Shown: in pieces, positions 28,359-38,484 of the stretch
Layout: every line of letters starts with the position of its first letter
Numbering within the stretch: the stretch's first letter is position 1
DNA from: Candidatus Tepidiaquacellales bacterium OLB5
Lineage (GTDB): Bacteria > Bacteroidota > Ignavibacteria > Tepidaquicellales > OLB5
NCBI GenBank assembly: GCA_001567545.1
Contig: LLZO01000385.1
Coordinates: 1,318-65,317 of the forward strand
Length of the DNA stretch: 64,000 bases
Direction: 5' to 3'
The notes under the pieces: model-generated
Database searches by the model: none
Told to the model about the DNA's origin: nothing
Seen by the model: only the letters and a program-made list of their open reading frames with translations
Position numbers and translations under genes: made by a program

Positions 28359-29357
28359 ATGAAAAACCTCCTTCTTTCCGCATTATTTTTAATTGTAATC
28401 TCATCAACATTATTTTCACAGAAAAATTTGATAGTTTTTTCAAGTGATGCAACAAAAAACGATAAGCAGCAGATCTTTATTATGGATGAGGAAGGCGATA
28501 ACGTTAAACAGATTAGTTTTATGAACCTGGACTGTTACTCGCCCAAATTCATACCCCATACAAATAAAATTGTCTTCAGTGCAACAAACAGGATCAGTGA
28601 TTACCTATATATGATAGATCTTGATGATACAGCAACATTCCGGTTTCCTAATTTTATTGATGGCGGAATTGACCACCAATTTTCTGCGGACGGTACTATG
28701 TTAATGTATCGTTCTGAAAAAGAAGAAAATAATGCTGTTTATATAATGGACCTTGTTTCAGGAGAGGTTTTTCCTATCAGTGATGGCAGCCTGGCAACAC
28801 ATGCAGAATTTTCACATGACGGACAGAAAGTAGTTTATTCAACAAGCATTACCGAAAACTTTGACTTAGCAATTTTAAATCTTACAGATACAAGTGATAA
28901 TGCCCAGAAAACAATTGTAGCATCCAAAGATGCTGAAATTTACGGAACATATTCGCCTGATGACACCAAAATAGCTTTTGCATCATTTGATATAAATTAT
29001 AAAGGCACCCTGAAGGTTTGCGATGCTAACGGAAAAAATGTTAAGGTCATTTCTTCAGGCGGAAGTTCATACAATCCCAAATGGTCACCTGATGGCAAAT
29101 ACCTTGCTTATGTATCTGATAAATCCGGAAAATTTCAGATATATATTTGTAAACCGGACGGCAGTTCGCTGAAACAGCTTACTGGTGAATCAGGTAACGT
29201 TGTTGAATATAACTGGTCACCTGACGGAAGTAAAATTATTTTTGACAGTCAGTCTGAAGGCGTTTCTGCTATATGGCTTATAGATGTGGAAAAAGGGAGC
29301 AAGCAGAATTTAACAGGAAGTAAAGCAAATAACATTACTCCAGATTTTAAAAGATAA
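28359..29357 (+). CDS. PD40 (WD40-like, TolB-type) beta-propeller repeat protein, secreted
   Basis: Signal peptide and repeated PD40 units (YSPKF, FSADGTMLMY, FSHDGQKVVY, YSPDDTKIAF, PKWSPDGKYLAYVSDKSGKFQIY, WSPDGSKIIF). Confidence 0.8.
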   Translation: MKNLLLSALFLIVISSTLFSQKNLIVFSSDATKNDKQQIFIMDEEGDNVKQISFMNLDCYSPKFIPHTNKIVFSATNRISDYLYMIDLDDTATFRFPNFIDGGIDHQFSADGTMLMYRSEKEENNAVYIMDLVSGEVFPISDGSLATHAEFSHDGQKVVYSTSITENFDLAILNLTDTSDNAQKTIVASKDAEIYGTYSPDDTKIAFASFDINYKGTLKVCDANGKNVKVISSGGSSYNPKWSPDGKYLAYVSDKSGKFQIYICKPDGSSLKQLTGESGNVVEYNWSPDGSKIIFDSQSEGVSAIWLIDVEKGSKQNLTGSKANNITPDFKR

Positions 29358-29389
29358 CCGGAAAAGCTGGTTTCCTGTATAAAATTTAT

Positions 29390-30349
29390 ATGAAAGTAAT
29401 TGAACATTTAGAAAAAGCAAAAAGCAAAAATAAACCTTTGATCAGCTTTGAAGTAATACCGCCGAAACGCGGAGGTGATATAACTCAGCTGTTTAATGTG
29501 CTGAATGATGTTCTTAAATATGAACCTCCATTCATTGATGTTACATCACGGGCTGCAGAAGTTGAATACAGGGAAACCCCTCAGGGTATTCAGAAAAAAG
29601 TTATCAGGAAACGACCGGGTACTATTGGTATAAGCGTTGCGATAAAAAATCATTTTAATATTGATACTGTTCCCCATATTTTATGTTACGGATTTACACG
29701 CGAAGAAACTGAAGATGCACTTATCGAACTGAATTATCTTGGCATAGAAAATGTGCTTGCAATAAGAGGTGATGACCTGGGGTACCATAAACCTATACCT
29801 GAATATAAGTCTCAAAACCGCTTTGCTTACGAACTGATTCAGCAGGTTAGCAATATGAATAATGGCAGGTATCTGGAGGAAGACCTGCTTGATGCAAAAC
29901 CTACAAATTTTTGCATCGGCGTTAGCGGTTATCCTGAAAAACATTTTGAAGCTCCAAATATGAAAGTGGAAATTAACCATGTAAAACAGAAAGTGAACAG
30001 CGGCGGCGATTATATAGTTACTCAGATGTTTTACGATAACAATGTATATTTTGATTTTGTTAAAAAATGCCGGGATGAGGGTATTAAAGTTCCTGTTATA
30101 CCCGGTTTAAAAGTTATTACTACCAAGAATAATTTATATACTATTCCAAAGAATTTTTATATCAATATTCCGGAAGAACTTTCGGGGGAGATTCTGGAAG
30201 CTAAAGATGAACATGTTATGGAGATAGGCGCAAGATGGACAGCAAAACAGGCTGAAGAGCTGCTGAACAACGGGGCGCCCAGCCTGCATTTCTATATTAT
30301 GCAGAGCGCTAAACCGATAATTAAAATGTTTAATAATTTAAAATTATAG
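29390..30349 (+). CDS. metF: Methylenetetrahydrofolate reductase
   Basis: MetF pattern: ISFEVIPPKRG, IDVTSRA, HILCYGFTREE, NVLAIRGD, GYPEKH, GGDYIVTQMFYDN, GIKVPVIPG. Confidence 0.88.
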   Translation: MKVIEHLEKAKSKNKPLISFEVIPPKRGGDITQLFNVLNDVLKYEPPFIDVTSRAAEVEYRETPQGIQKKVIRKRPGTIGISVAIKNHFNIDTVPHILCYGFTREETEDALIELNYLGIENVLAIRGDDLGYHKPIPEYKSQNRFAYELIQQVSNMNNGRYLEEDLLDAKPTNFCIGVSGYPEKHFEAPNMKVEINHVKQKVNSGGDYIVTQMFYDNNVYFDFVKKCRDEGIKVPVIPGLKVITTKNNLYTIPKNFYINIPEELSGEILEAKDEHVMEIGARWTAKQAEELLNNGAPSLHFYIMQSAKPIIKMFNNLKL

Positions 30350-30430
30350 CAGGCAAAAATTGAATACGTAAATCAGTTATTTTGCTGGTCAATTTTTGTC
30401 TTTCAAATCATACCTGTTAATTGAATAAAA

Positions 30431-31078
30431 TTGGGCTTAAAGAGCGAATTAATACAATATTCAAAGTTGTGCGGCGCAGCCGGATTTGTGAAAGCGTATG
30501 ACGGCAACTTAAGCGTAAGAACAAAGAAAAATTATATCCTTTCTACTGCATCAAAAACCAACAAGCTTAAAATTAAACCAATTGACCTGGTAAAATGTGA
30601 CCTTAAAGGCAAAAAACAGGCAGGCAAACGGAATCTTTCTACCGAACTAAAGCTACACCTGTACATATATAATAAAAGAAAAGACGTAAATGCCGTAATT
30701 CATACCCATCCCCTTTATATTACCACGTTTGCATCAGCAGGTAAAAAGCTTCCTGCAAACATCCTGCCTGAAATATACCTGATGTTCAGGGAAATTCCAC
30801 TTGCTAAATATGCATCACCTTCTACTGATGAAGTACCGGAATCAATTGAACCATATGTAATGGATTTTAATGCTGTTATCCTTTCAAATCACGGGCTGGT
30901 TGTGTACGGCAGGACACTTGAAGAAACATATTATATGACAGAAAAACTTGAACAGTATGCACAGATTTGCTTTAATGCAAAGATGCTCGGCGGACTAAAA
31001 CAGCTTACTAAAGCACAGCTAAAAACTCTGGATGATATTAAAAGCACTAATTATAAATCATACTTTAAGAAACAGTAA
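30431..31078 (+). CDS. Class II aldolase/adducin-domain protein
   Basis: GNLSVR, ELKLHLYIY, AVIHTHPLY and ILSNHGLVVYG motifs. TTG start. Confidence 0.78.
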   Translation: MGLKSELIQYSKLCGAAGFVKAYDGNLSVRTKKNYILSTASKTNKLKIKPIDLVKCDLKGKKQAGKRNLSTELKLHLYIYNKRKDVNAVIHTHPLYITTFASAGKKLPANILPEIYLMFREIPLAKYASPSTDEVPESIEPYVMDFNAVILSNHGLVVYGRTLEETYYMTEKLEQYAQICFNAKMLGGLKQLTKAQLKTLDDIKSTNYKSYFKKQ

Positions 31079-31080
31079 AA

Positions 31081-32112
31081 TTGAATATAATTATATTAAC
31101 TGGCGGTTTATCTGCTGAAAGAAATGTGGCACTGGCTTCCGGAAAAGCAGTTTCTAATGCATTGAAAGCTGCCGGAAATAATGTTATGGTTATTGATCCG
31201 GTTTACGGTACAGAGCAGCCTGGTGAGGATGTGATCTTTGCTGACAGACCCGCAATAGGAAAAGAATTTCCGACTGCCGAAGAGCTTAACCGGTACAGCA
31301 ATAAAAAGGTTGTGGAGTGCATAAATTCAGCACTTTTTGATAATGTTGATATAGTTTTTCTTGCACTGCACGGAAAATTCGGCGAAGATGGCAGGATACA
31401 GTCACTTCTTGAGCTCAGAGGTGTTAAATATACCGGCACCGGAGTAACTTCCAGCGCAATGGCTATGGATAAGAATATTTCTAAGATAATGTTTAATCAT
31501 TATGATATACTGACTCCCAAATGGTTCATGATAAAAAAAGGTTTATACGAAGAAGTCAAAATTGATGAAAGTATAAAGCTCCAGGTTGGTTATCCTGCAG
31601 TAATAAAACCTAATGATGAAGGCTCAACAGTAGGTCTATCAATTGTTCAGCCGGATGTTGAAGACGTTCAGCTTGGCAAAGCCCTCGAAGATGCATTTTC
31701 ATATTCAGATTATGTAATGGCTGAGGAATATATAGAAGGAAGGGAGCTGACTGTTGCTGTAATTGGCGAAGTTACCATGCCGGTAGTAGAAATAAAGCCC
31801 AAAAGCGGATTTTATGATTATGTGCATAAATATACTAAAGGATTCACAGATTATTTTTGCCCCGCAGATCTTCCCGAAAAGCTAGCAGCTCATATCCAGG
31901 AAAAAGCGATGGTTGCACATAAAGCGCTGGGATGTGAAGTCTATTCAAGGGTAGATTTCAGGCTAAACAGCAAAGGTGAAGCATATTGTTTAGAAGTTAA
32001 TACTTTGCCCGGTATGACCGAATTAAGCCTTGTTCCAAAAGCTGCAGGAGCTTCCGGAATGGATTTTACTTCTCTTTTAAACAGAATTATTGAATTAAGT
32101 TTAAACAAATAA
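31081..32112 (+). CDS. ddl: D-alanine--D-alanine ligase
   Basis: Ddl pattern: GGLSAERNVAL, FLALHGKFGEDGRIQ, YPAVIKPNDEGSTVG, EVNTLPGMTELSLVPK. TTG start. Confidence 0.88.
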   Translation: MNIIILTGGLSAERNVALASGKAVSNALKAAGNNVMVIDPVYGTEQPGEDVIFADRPAIGKEFPTAEELNRYSNKKVVECINSALFDNVDIVFLALHGKFGEDGRIQSLLELRGVKYTGTGVTSSAMAMDKNISKIMFNHYDILTPKWFMIKKGLYEEVKIDESIKLQVGYPAVIKPNDEGSTVGLSIVQPDVEDVQLGKALEDAFSYSDYVMAEEYIEGRELTVAVIGEVTMPVVEIKPKSGFYDYVHKYTKGFTDYFCPADLPEKLAAHIQEKAMVAHKALGCEVYSRVDFRLNSKGEAYCLEVNTLPGMTELSLVPKAAGASGMDFTSLLNRIIELSLNK

Positions 32113-32129
32113 TTCGTTATTTTTAAAAA

Positions 32130-32456
32130 ATGAAGGAAGACAGTTTCGGCAAAAATATTGTAAGGTATATTTATCACAGGAGAAAATTTTTTGTTTACCT
32201 GCTGATACTGCTGGCTGTTCTTTCATATGCGGTATTCGGCAAAAAAGGGATTCTGCAAAGAGTTGAGCTGGAAATGGAAAACCGGGAACTTCGCGATAAG
32301 CTGAAAGCTGAACAGGAAAGAACAATAATTCTGCAGAAAGAAATTGAAGATCTTAAAACTTCGGATAAAAAAATTGAAAAAGTAGCCAGGGAAAAATATA
32401 ATATGGTGAAAGACGGGGAAGAAATTTATAAAGTAGTTACAGACAGTACAAAATAA
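32130..32456 (+). CDS. ftsB: Septum formation initiator (FtsB/DivIC family)
   Basis: 108 aa with one TM helix followed by a coiled coil (LEMENRELRDKLKAEQER...LQKEIEDLK) and the EKVAREKYNMVKDGEEIY motif. Confidence 0.75.
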   Translation: MKEDSFGKNIVRYIYHRRKFFVYLLILLAVLSYAVFGKKGILQRVELEMENRELRDKLKAEQERTIILQKEIEDLKTSDKKIEKVAREKYNMVKDGEEIYKVVTDSTK

Positions 32457-32509
32457 TTAACACAGAAAATTATTTTTACCTCTTATCTTAAAATTTTATA
32501 ATAAATAAT

Positions 32510-33529
32510 ATGAATAACATAATAACAACTTTAAAGGAAATTCTTGCTATAAACTCACCCACAGGGTATACAATAGAAATCATTGAACACCTGGAAAAAT
32601 TGTTTACCGGACTGAATGTAAAATTAACGAAGACCAATAAAGGCTCGCTGCTGGTAAGCTTTGTAGATAATCCTGAACTTATTATTACCGGGCATATTGA
32701 TACTCTGGGTGCAATGGTAAAGGAAATCAAAGATGACGGTACTCTTGAAATTACACGGCTGGGCGGACTTGAGCTGAATTCATTTGAAGGTGAGTATGTA
32801 ACAGTCCGGAATTTTGAAGGTAAATTGTTCAGAGGAACTTTTCTGCTTAACAATCCTGCAAGCCATGTAAATAAAAAGCTGGGTGAAACCAAACGCAGCA
32901 CCGATAATATGTCAATCAGGCTTGATGAATTGGTGAATTCTGCCGAAGATGTTGTTAAACTTGGTATCAATGTTGGTGATTTTGTTTTTTACGATACAAG
33001 GTTTGAATATACAGCCAGCGGTTTTGTAAAAAGCCGCTTCCTTGATGATAAGGCATGCGCCGCGGTTATGATAGAGCTTATAAAAGAATATGCAGCATCA
33101 GGCAGTAAGCCAAATGCCGGATTTTATTTTTCAAATTACGAAGAAGTTGGTCACGGCTCATGTGTAGGCATACCCGATTCAGCAAAAGAACTGCTTGTAC
33201 TGGATATGGCAGTAATTGGCGATGGATGCGCCGGTAAAGAAGATAAGCTTTCTATATGTGTAAAAGATTCAAGCGGTCCATATGATTTTACAGTAACCAA
33301 TAAACTGAGGGAACTTGCCACTAAACATAAAATAGATTTCGTGACTGATATTTATCCATATTATGGCTCGGATGGTTCCGCAGCACTGGCTGCCGGATAT
33401 GATGTGCGTGTTGGACTTATAGGACCCGGTGTTTCAGCCTCACACGGTGTTGAGCGAACTCATATTAAGGCAATTGAAGAAACATACAAATTAACTAAAG
33501 CCTACATAGATATATTTTCAACAAACTAA
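32510..33529 (+). CDS. M42 family aminopeptidase (FrvX/YsdC-like)
   Basis: SPTGYT, ITGHIDTLGAMV, DDKACAA, NYEEVGHG and LDMAVIGDG metal-site-like blocks. About 340 aa. Confidence 0.8.
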   Translation: MNNIITTLKEILAINSPTGYTIEIIEHLEKLFTGLNVKLTKTNKGSLLVSFVDNPELIITGHIDTLGAMVKEIKDDGTLEITRLGGLELNSFEGEYVTVRNFEGKLFRGTFLLNNPASHVNKKLGETKRSTDNMSIRLDELVNSAEDVVKLGINVGDFVFYDTRFEYTASGFVKSRFLDDKACAAVMIELIKEYAASGSKPNAGFYFSNYEEVGHGSCVGIPDSAKELLVLDMAVIGDGCAGKEDKLSICVKDSSGPYDFTVTNKLRELATKHKIDFVTDIYPYYGSDGSAALAAGYDVRVGLIGPGVSASHGVERTHIKAIEETYKLTKAYIDIFSTN

Positions 33530-33744
33530 ATGAGCATTAATAAATTAAATATAATCATTGCTATAGGAAAATAGTAAGAACAATTATTTTGTAGAGGTAT
33601 TATATTTGTATGTAAATCAACAAAAAATAACCCTTCCAACGCAATTTCATCCATACCGTCAAGAGCAGTTACAATTAGCCAATTATTTTGAAAAATTTCA
33701 ACCCGTTTTTCAAAATATTCATTTAAATATGAAAGGAGAATTTA

Positions 33745-34083
33745 ATGAAAACCATTTTTGTTATATTATTTCTTTCAGGTATTATTTTCCTAATTCAAAG
33801 CTGCAGTGAACAGATTACAGATAAGTCATTAATAACTAACAGCATAAATGTAAATAATGCACGTCTATTTAAGTGTTGTAATCTTGGTAGACCTGAAGAA
33901 TGCAGTGAAAATGAAAAAAGATCGCTGTTAACCGATATTGGAGACATCATAATTAGTTGTGAATGTTGTCAAGAAGTTTGGGATTATTACGGAGGTGTAT
34001 TGCCTCCGGGTAACGAAATACCGCATACAATACTTGGCGTTTATGTATGCATTCCTCATGAAAAGGAGGATGACCATGATTAA
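33745..34083 (+). CDS. Cysteine-rich small lipoprotein (hypothetical)
   Basis: AGGAG RBS. Lipobox FLIQSCS. The mature part has 8 further Cys, including two CC pairs (FKCCNLGRPEEC, SCECCQEVW), and an acidic tail. Its end overlaps the next gene start by 8 nt. Confidence 0.6.
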   Translation: MKTIFVILFLSGIIFLIQSCSEQITDKSLITNSINVNNARLFKCCNLGRPEECSENEKRSLLTDIGDIIISCECCQEVWDYYGGVLPPGNEIPHTILGVYVCIPHEKEDDHD

Positions 34084-35332
34084 CAAATTAATTACAGCTC
34101 TTCTTTTTTATTTATTATTATCATTCAGCTTATTTTCACAGTGGCAAATTTTTAATGTTGGCTCAACATTTAATCTCAAGGATGTATCTGTTGTTAATAC
34201 TAACATAATTTGGGTTTGCGGTGAGACTTCGTCAGTATATTTTACGAACGATGGCGGTGTAAATTGGGTGCAGATAAATAATAATTTGCAAAAACTTGAC
34301 CTTGACAAAATTATTGCTCTTGACTCAAATATTGCCTGGGTAACATCAGATTCCGCAATTTTTAAAACAACGAACAGGGGTGTTTCATGGGTAAGGCAAT
34401 ATCATTACCCCGGATTACATATAAATAAAATTCACTTTTTCAATGCTAATACAGGCTATTTATTTGTTGATAATTCTGTAAGCAATGATACAGTAAATTT
34501 TTATATTACACGCAATGGTGGTTTAGATTGGGTTAAATCTGTTAACAGGCCAGTATTGCCATACAGCTTTTTTATCCGCGATAACGGACCAAGCCATATA
34601 GACAGTAATTTTATTTATTTTTTTGCTGAGCAAAACGCTTTAAGTAATTCAAAATTTTATAAGCTTACAGGCGGACTGAATAATACTTGGACATCATATC
34701 TTGTCAGCGCATACCAGTGTGATATAGCTGCATTTAAAAATCCTAATAATGGAATTGCTGTTGATGGTTTTAAAATTCTATCGACATCTAATGGCGGAGC
34801 AAACTGGTCAATTTTATCATCAAGCAGTGTTCCCGGTTCTATGGATTTAATTTTAGTACCTAATTCAAATATGGTTATACAAAACTCAGTTATGTCTTCA
34901 AGAATTTCATATGATTTTGGCGTTACATTGCAGCCTGTTAGAAATTTCAGCTACCTGCATTATGGCGATGCTAAAGATTCACAAAGTGTTTGGCTGGCTG
35001 CTACTAACGGAAGATTGCTAAAATATAATTTTGCATATATAGGTATACATCAAATCAGCAGCCAGATTCCTGAAAGATTTACGTTGCATCAAAATTATCC
35101 AAATCCGTTTAATCCTTCAACAACTATTAAATTCGAAATCCCGGAATCAGGAATATTTACGTTAAGAATCCATGATGCTGCAGGAAGGGAAGTTTATAAG
35201 ATCAGTGAATTCAAAACACATGGAATTTATAATTTTAATTACAGCCCGGATAATCTTTCCAGCGGAGTTTATTTTTATACAGCTGAATTTAACGGAAATA
35301 GAATCATAAAAAAAATGATTTTGATTAAATAA
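34076..35332 (+). CDS. BNR/Asp-box (Ycf48-like) beta-propeller protein with T9SS C-terminal sorting domain
   Basis: GGAGGA 5 nt upstream of ATG 34076. Signal peptide MINKLITALLFYLLLSFSLFSQ. Asp-box repeats (TNDGGVNW, TTNRGVSW, TRNGGLDW, STSNGGANW). T9SS tail QNYPNPFNPSTTIKF...GVYFYTAEF...KMILIK. Confidence 0.82.
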   Translation: MINKLITALLFYLLLSFSLFSQWQIFNVGSTFNLKDVSVVNTNIIWVCGETSSVYFTNDGGVNWVQINNNLQKLDLDKIIALDSNIAWVTSDSAIFKTTNRGVSWVRQYHYPGLHINKIHFFNANTGYLFVDNSVSNDTVNFYITRNGGLDWVKSVNRPVLPYSFFIRDNGPSHIDSNFIYFFAEQNALSNSKFYKLTGGLNNTWTSYLVSAYQCDIAAFKNPNNGIAVDGFKILSTSNGGANWSILSSSSVPGSMDLILVPNSNMVIQNSVMSSRISYDFGVTLQPVRNFSYLHYGDAKDSQSVWLAATNGRLLKYNFAYIGIHQISSQIPERFTLHQNYPNPFNPSTTIKFEIPESGIFTLRIHDAAGREVYKISEFKTHGIYNFNYSPDNLSSGVYFYTAEFNGNRIIKKMILIK

Positions 35333-35354
35333 TTTGTAAGTATTTTATATTCCC

Positions 35355-35382
35355 AAAGGCAGGTTTTAAACCTGCCTTTTTT
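35355..35382 (+). terminator. Rho-independent terminator
   Basis: ggcaggtt / aacctgcc stem flanked by A-run and T6. Confidence 0.85.
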
Positions 35383-35426
35383 GTTTATAGTATTATAGCT
35401 AAAATTGCTGATATTAATCACAAAAT

Positions 35427-36752
35427 TTGGATCTCTTCGGAAACGAAAATATTACAAAAGATTTAAATAAATCCCCGGCGAAATTTCAGCCGCTGGCTGA
35501 ACGTATGCGCCCGAAAACACTTGATGAATTTGCCGGGCAAAAACATCTTATTGGCCAAGGCAAGCCAATTCGGAAAATGATAGAAAACAATGATGTTTTT
35601 TCTATGATCTTCTGGGGTCCGCCTGGTGTCGGTAAAACTACACTTGCTTTAATAATTGCCAACAGTGTAAATGCTGATTTTATCCAGATCTCAGCAGTAT
35701 CTTCGGGAGTAAAAGATGTACGGCAGGCTATTGAAAAAGCTGAGCTGAATCAAAAACACCTCGGCAAGCGTACAATTCTGTTTATAGATGAAATTCACCG
35801 CTTTAATAAAGCTCAGCAGGATTCACTGCTGCATAGTGTTGAAAGCGGAGTTATTACTCTGATAGGAGCAACCACAGAAAACCCTTCATTTGAAGTAATT
35901 TCACCTCTTCTTTCAAGATGCAGGGTATATGTGCTTGAAGACCTTTCAGAAGATGACCTGCTTACTCTTGCAGAAAATGCTCTTAAGAATGATACTGAAC
36001 TGTCGGCATTCCGAATTGATATTCAGGATAAAAAGCTGCTTCTGCAGTTTTCGGGCGGTGATGCAAGGCGATTGCTTAACGGACTTGATCTTGCCGTAAA
36101 ATCCACCAAACCTGACAGTAATGGAGTGATAAATATCACAAATGATGTATTAAAAGAAGCTTATCAGAAAAATTATATAAGGTATGATAAGGATGCTGAA
36201 GAGCATTACAATATAATATCCGCATTCATTAAAAGTATAAGAGGCAGCGACCCTGATGCTGCAGTTTACTGGCTGGCAAGAATGCTGAAAGGCGGTGAAG
36301 ACCCTAAATTCATTGCGCGCAGAATGATTGTACTCGCTTCCGAAGATATTGGCAATGCCGATCCTTATGGTATAACCATAGCTACATCAGCATTTACTGC
36401 AATCGATTATATTGGTATGCCTGAAGCGCAGCTAGTGCTTGCACAGGCAGCAACTTATCTTGCAAGTGCACCAAAAAGCAATGCATCATACCTTGCTATA
36501 GCAGCAGCAAAAGGTGATGTTGAGCAAACAGGGGAACTTGCCGTACCGCTTCACCTGCGAAACGCTCCAACAAAACTTATGAAAAACCTTGATTACGGCA
36601 AAGAATATAAATATTCCCATGATTTTGAAGGTCATTTTACTCTTCAGCAGTATATGCCTGATGAGCTGAAAGATAAAGTGTATTACAAACCATCCGGTAT
36701 CGGCGAAGAATCAAAAATTAAAGAACGCTTAAAAAAACTGGTGGAAAAATAA
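35427..36752 (+). CDS. rarA: Replication-associated recombination protein A (AAA+ ATPase)
   Basis: PLAERMRP, Walker A GPPGVGKTT, FIDEIHRFNK, C-terminal MgsA block AVYWLARML.GGEDP.FIARR. TTG start. Confidence 0.9.
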   Translation: MDLFGNENITKDLNKSPAKFQPLAERMRPKTLDEFAGQKHLIGQGKPIRKMIENNDVFSMIFWGPPGVGKTTLALIIANSVNADFIQISAVSSGVKDVRQAIEKAELNQKHLGKRTILFIDEIHRFNKAQQDSLLHSVESGVITLIGATTENPSFEVISPLLSRCRVYVLEDLSEDDLLTLAENALKNDTELSAFRIDIQDKKLLLQFSGGDARRLLNGLDLAVKSTKPDSNGVINITNDVLKEAYQKNYIRYDKDAEEHYNIISAFIKSIRGSDPDAAVYWLARMLKGGEDPKFIARRMIVLASEDIGNADPYGITIATSAFTAIDYIGMPEAQLVLAQAATYLASAPKSNASYLAIAAAKGDVEQTGELAVPLHLRNAPTKLMKNLDYGKEYKYSHDFEGHFTLQQYMPDELKDKVYYKPSGIGEESKIKERLKKLVEK

Positions 36753-36773
36753 AAAAAGATAATAATTCTTATT

Positions 36774-37706
36774 ATGATAACTCTGGATACTAAAAAAAAG
36801 AGAATAGAATATGCAATTGGAATTGATCTTGGGGGAACGTACATCAAATCTGCAATAGTTGATTCAAATGGTAAAATAATTAAATATTTTAAAACAGATA
36901 CTTTTTCGGAAATTTCACCGAAAAAAGTATTAAGCCAGATGGAATTATGCGTAAATACTCTGATGAATGGTTTCGGAAAAAAGATCAGCGGCATCGGAAT
37001 AGGTGCTCCCGGTATTGTTACAAATGGTGTAATGAAATATCCCCCGAACTTTAAAGGCTGGAAAGAAGTAAATCTTGCTTCTCATTTCAGGAAAAGGTAT
37101 AAAATCGAATCGATTGCCGATAATGATGCAAACTGCGCCGGATTAGCTGAGCTTAAATTCGGTCATGGCCCGAAGTTCAGTAATTTTATTTTCTTAACAC
37201 TTGGTACGGGTATCGGCGGTGCGATGGTAATTAACGGCAAAATTTACCGCGGTGAACAAAACGGCGCCGGCGAGTTTGGTATGATGACTATTAAATATGA
37301 TGGACCGGAATGCCTTGGCGGCAACCGCGGCTCTGTTGAAGCACACCTGGGCAGAAATTATTTTCTGTATCAGAATAAAAATGAAATAAAAAAACTCGGA
37401 AAAAATATTGATTTTGCAGATATTAACGTGTTTGCAAATAAGGGTAATAAAACTGCAAAAAAACTGTTAAATTTGTACGGATTTTATCTTGGTGTTGGTA
37501 TAACAAATTATTTCAACCTGATGGATGTTCGTACTGCAGTATTAGGCGGCGGTATTTCTAATGCATATACTCATTTCATTAAAGAAACAAATAAAACAAT
37601 AAAACAGCGGTCAATAAAAACTATCAGGAACAAATTCCGTGTGCTTCGGTCAAAAATCCACAATGATGCCGGAGTTCTTGGAGCAGCTGCTTTAATTTTT
37701 GAATAA
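36774..37706 (+). CDS. ROK family sugar kinase (glucokinase-like)
   Basis: IGIDLGGTYIKSAIVD, DNDANCAGLAE, LGTGIGGAMVINGKIYRG, GEFG, and a Cys-containing zinc-motif region. Confidence 0.8.
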   Translation: MITLDTKKKRIEYAIGIDLGGTYIKSAIVDSNGKIIKYFKTDTFSEISPKKVLSQMELCVNTLMNGFGKKISGIGIGAPGIVTNGVMKYPPNFKGWKEVNLASHFRKRYKIESIADNDANCAGLAELKFGHGPKFSNFIFLTLGTGIGGAMVINGKIYRGEQNGAGEFGMMTIKYDGPECLGGNRGSVEAHLGRNYFLYQNKNEIKKLGKNIDFADINVFANKGNKTAKKLLNLYGFYLGVGITNYFNLMDVRTAVLGGGISNAYTHFIKETNKTIKQRSIKTIRNKFRVLRSKIHNDAGVLGAAALIFE

Positions 37707-37719
37707 AAAATAAACGATC

Positions 37720-38484
37720 ATGGGATTAAAAAACATACTTTATAAAGTAGAAGGCGGAATTGCTGAAATAGTATTAAACCGTCCGGAAAAAATGAATTCG
37801 CTGGATGAGGAACTTATTCATGATCTAAGTGATATTATGAGGGATTTTTCAGTGAATGAAGAAGTTAAAGTTGTGGTAATAACCGGGGCAGAAGGTAATT
37901 TCTGCTCAGGGCTTTATCTGGATTACCTTCAGAAAATATCCGAATACGATATCCTGCAGAATAAAGATGACTCCCGTAAGTTCAAAAATATGCTTATGAA
38001 CATTTACAGCTGTTCAAAACCTGTAATTGCCAAGGTAAAAGGCTATTGCCTTGCAGGGGGCTGCGGAATTGCTTCTGCATGCGATATTATTATTGCAGAT
38101 GAAACAGCGCGTTTTGGATATACTGAAGTAAAGATAGGTTTTATTCCGGCAATTGTAATGCTGTTTTTGCTGAAAAGGGTAAGTGAATCTCATGCTAAAG
38201 ATCTTTTGCTTACTGCGCGGATGATAAATGCCGAGGATGCTTTCAGGATGGGTTTTATCAATCAATATGTTCATTCAGGCGAGCTTGATGCAAAAGTTAA
38301 CGATGTATGCCAGATGCTGATGAAAAATTCAGGCACGTCACTGAAACTTACAAAAGAAATGTTCACAAATATTTCCGGTATGGATTTTGATAAAGCGCTT
38401 GAATATGCATGTGATCTTAATGCTGTTACAAGAATGACCCCTGACTGCAAAAACGGAGTTGCAAAATTTTTAAATAAACAATAA
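37720..38484 (+). CDS. Enoyl-CoA hydratase/isomerase family protein
   Basis: Crotonase fold blocks: IVLNRPEKMNSL, VVVITGAEGNFCSG, PVIAKVKGYCLAGGCGIA, F.YTEVKIG. Confidence 0.85.
   Translation: MGLKNILYKVEGGIAEIVLNRPEKMNSLDEELIHDLSDIMRDFSVNEEVKVVVITGAEGNFCSGLYLDYLQKISEYDILQNKDDSRKFKNMLMNIYSCSKPVIAKVKGYCLAGGCGIASACDIIIADETARFGYTEVKIGFIPAIVMLFLLKRVSESHAKDLLLTARMINAEDAFRMGFINQYVHSGELDAKVNDVCQMLMKNSGTSLKLTKEMFTNISGMDFDKALEYACDLNAVTRMTPDCKNGVAKFLNKQ

Noticed and set aside
32488-32970. 160-aa minus-strand ORF inside the M42 aminopeptidase gene
   Set aside because: It is fully antisense to a gene with clear family motifs. Its low-complexity S/P/F-rich translation is typical of shadow ORFs.
33606-33809. 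67-aa TTG-initiated ORF in the spacer upstream of the Cys-rich lipoprotein
   Set aside because: No RBS and no recognisable features. It overlaps the better-supported ATG/RBS-preceded ORF at 33745.
33959-34075. Tracked upstream start (33959) for the BNR/T9SS gene, giving a 39-codon N-terminal extension
   Set aside because: The extension overlaps the Cys-rich lipoprotein ORF out of frame and has no signal-peptide character. ATG 34076 has a GGAGGA 5 nt upstream and opens directly into a signal peptide.
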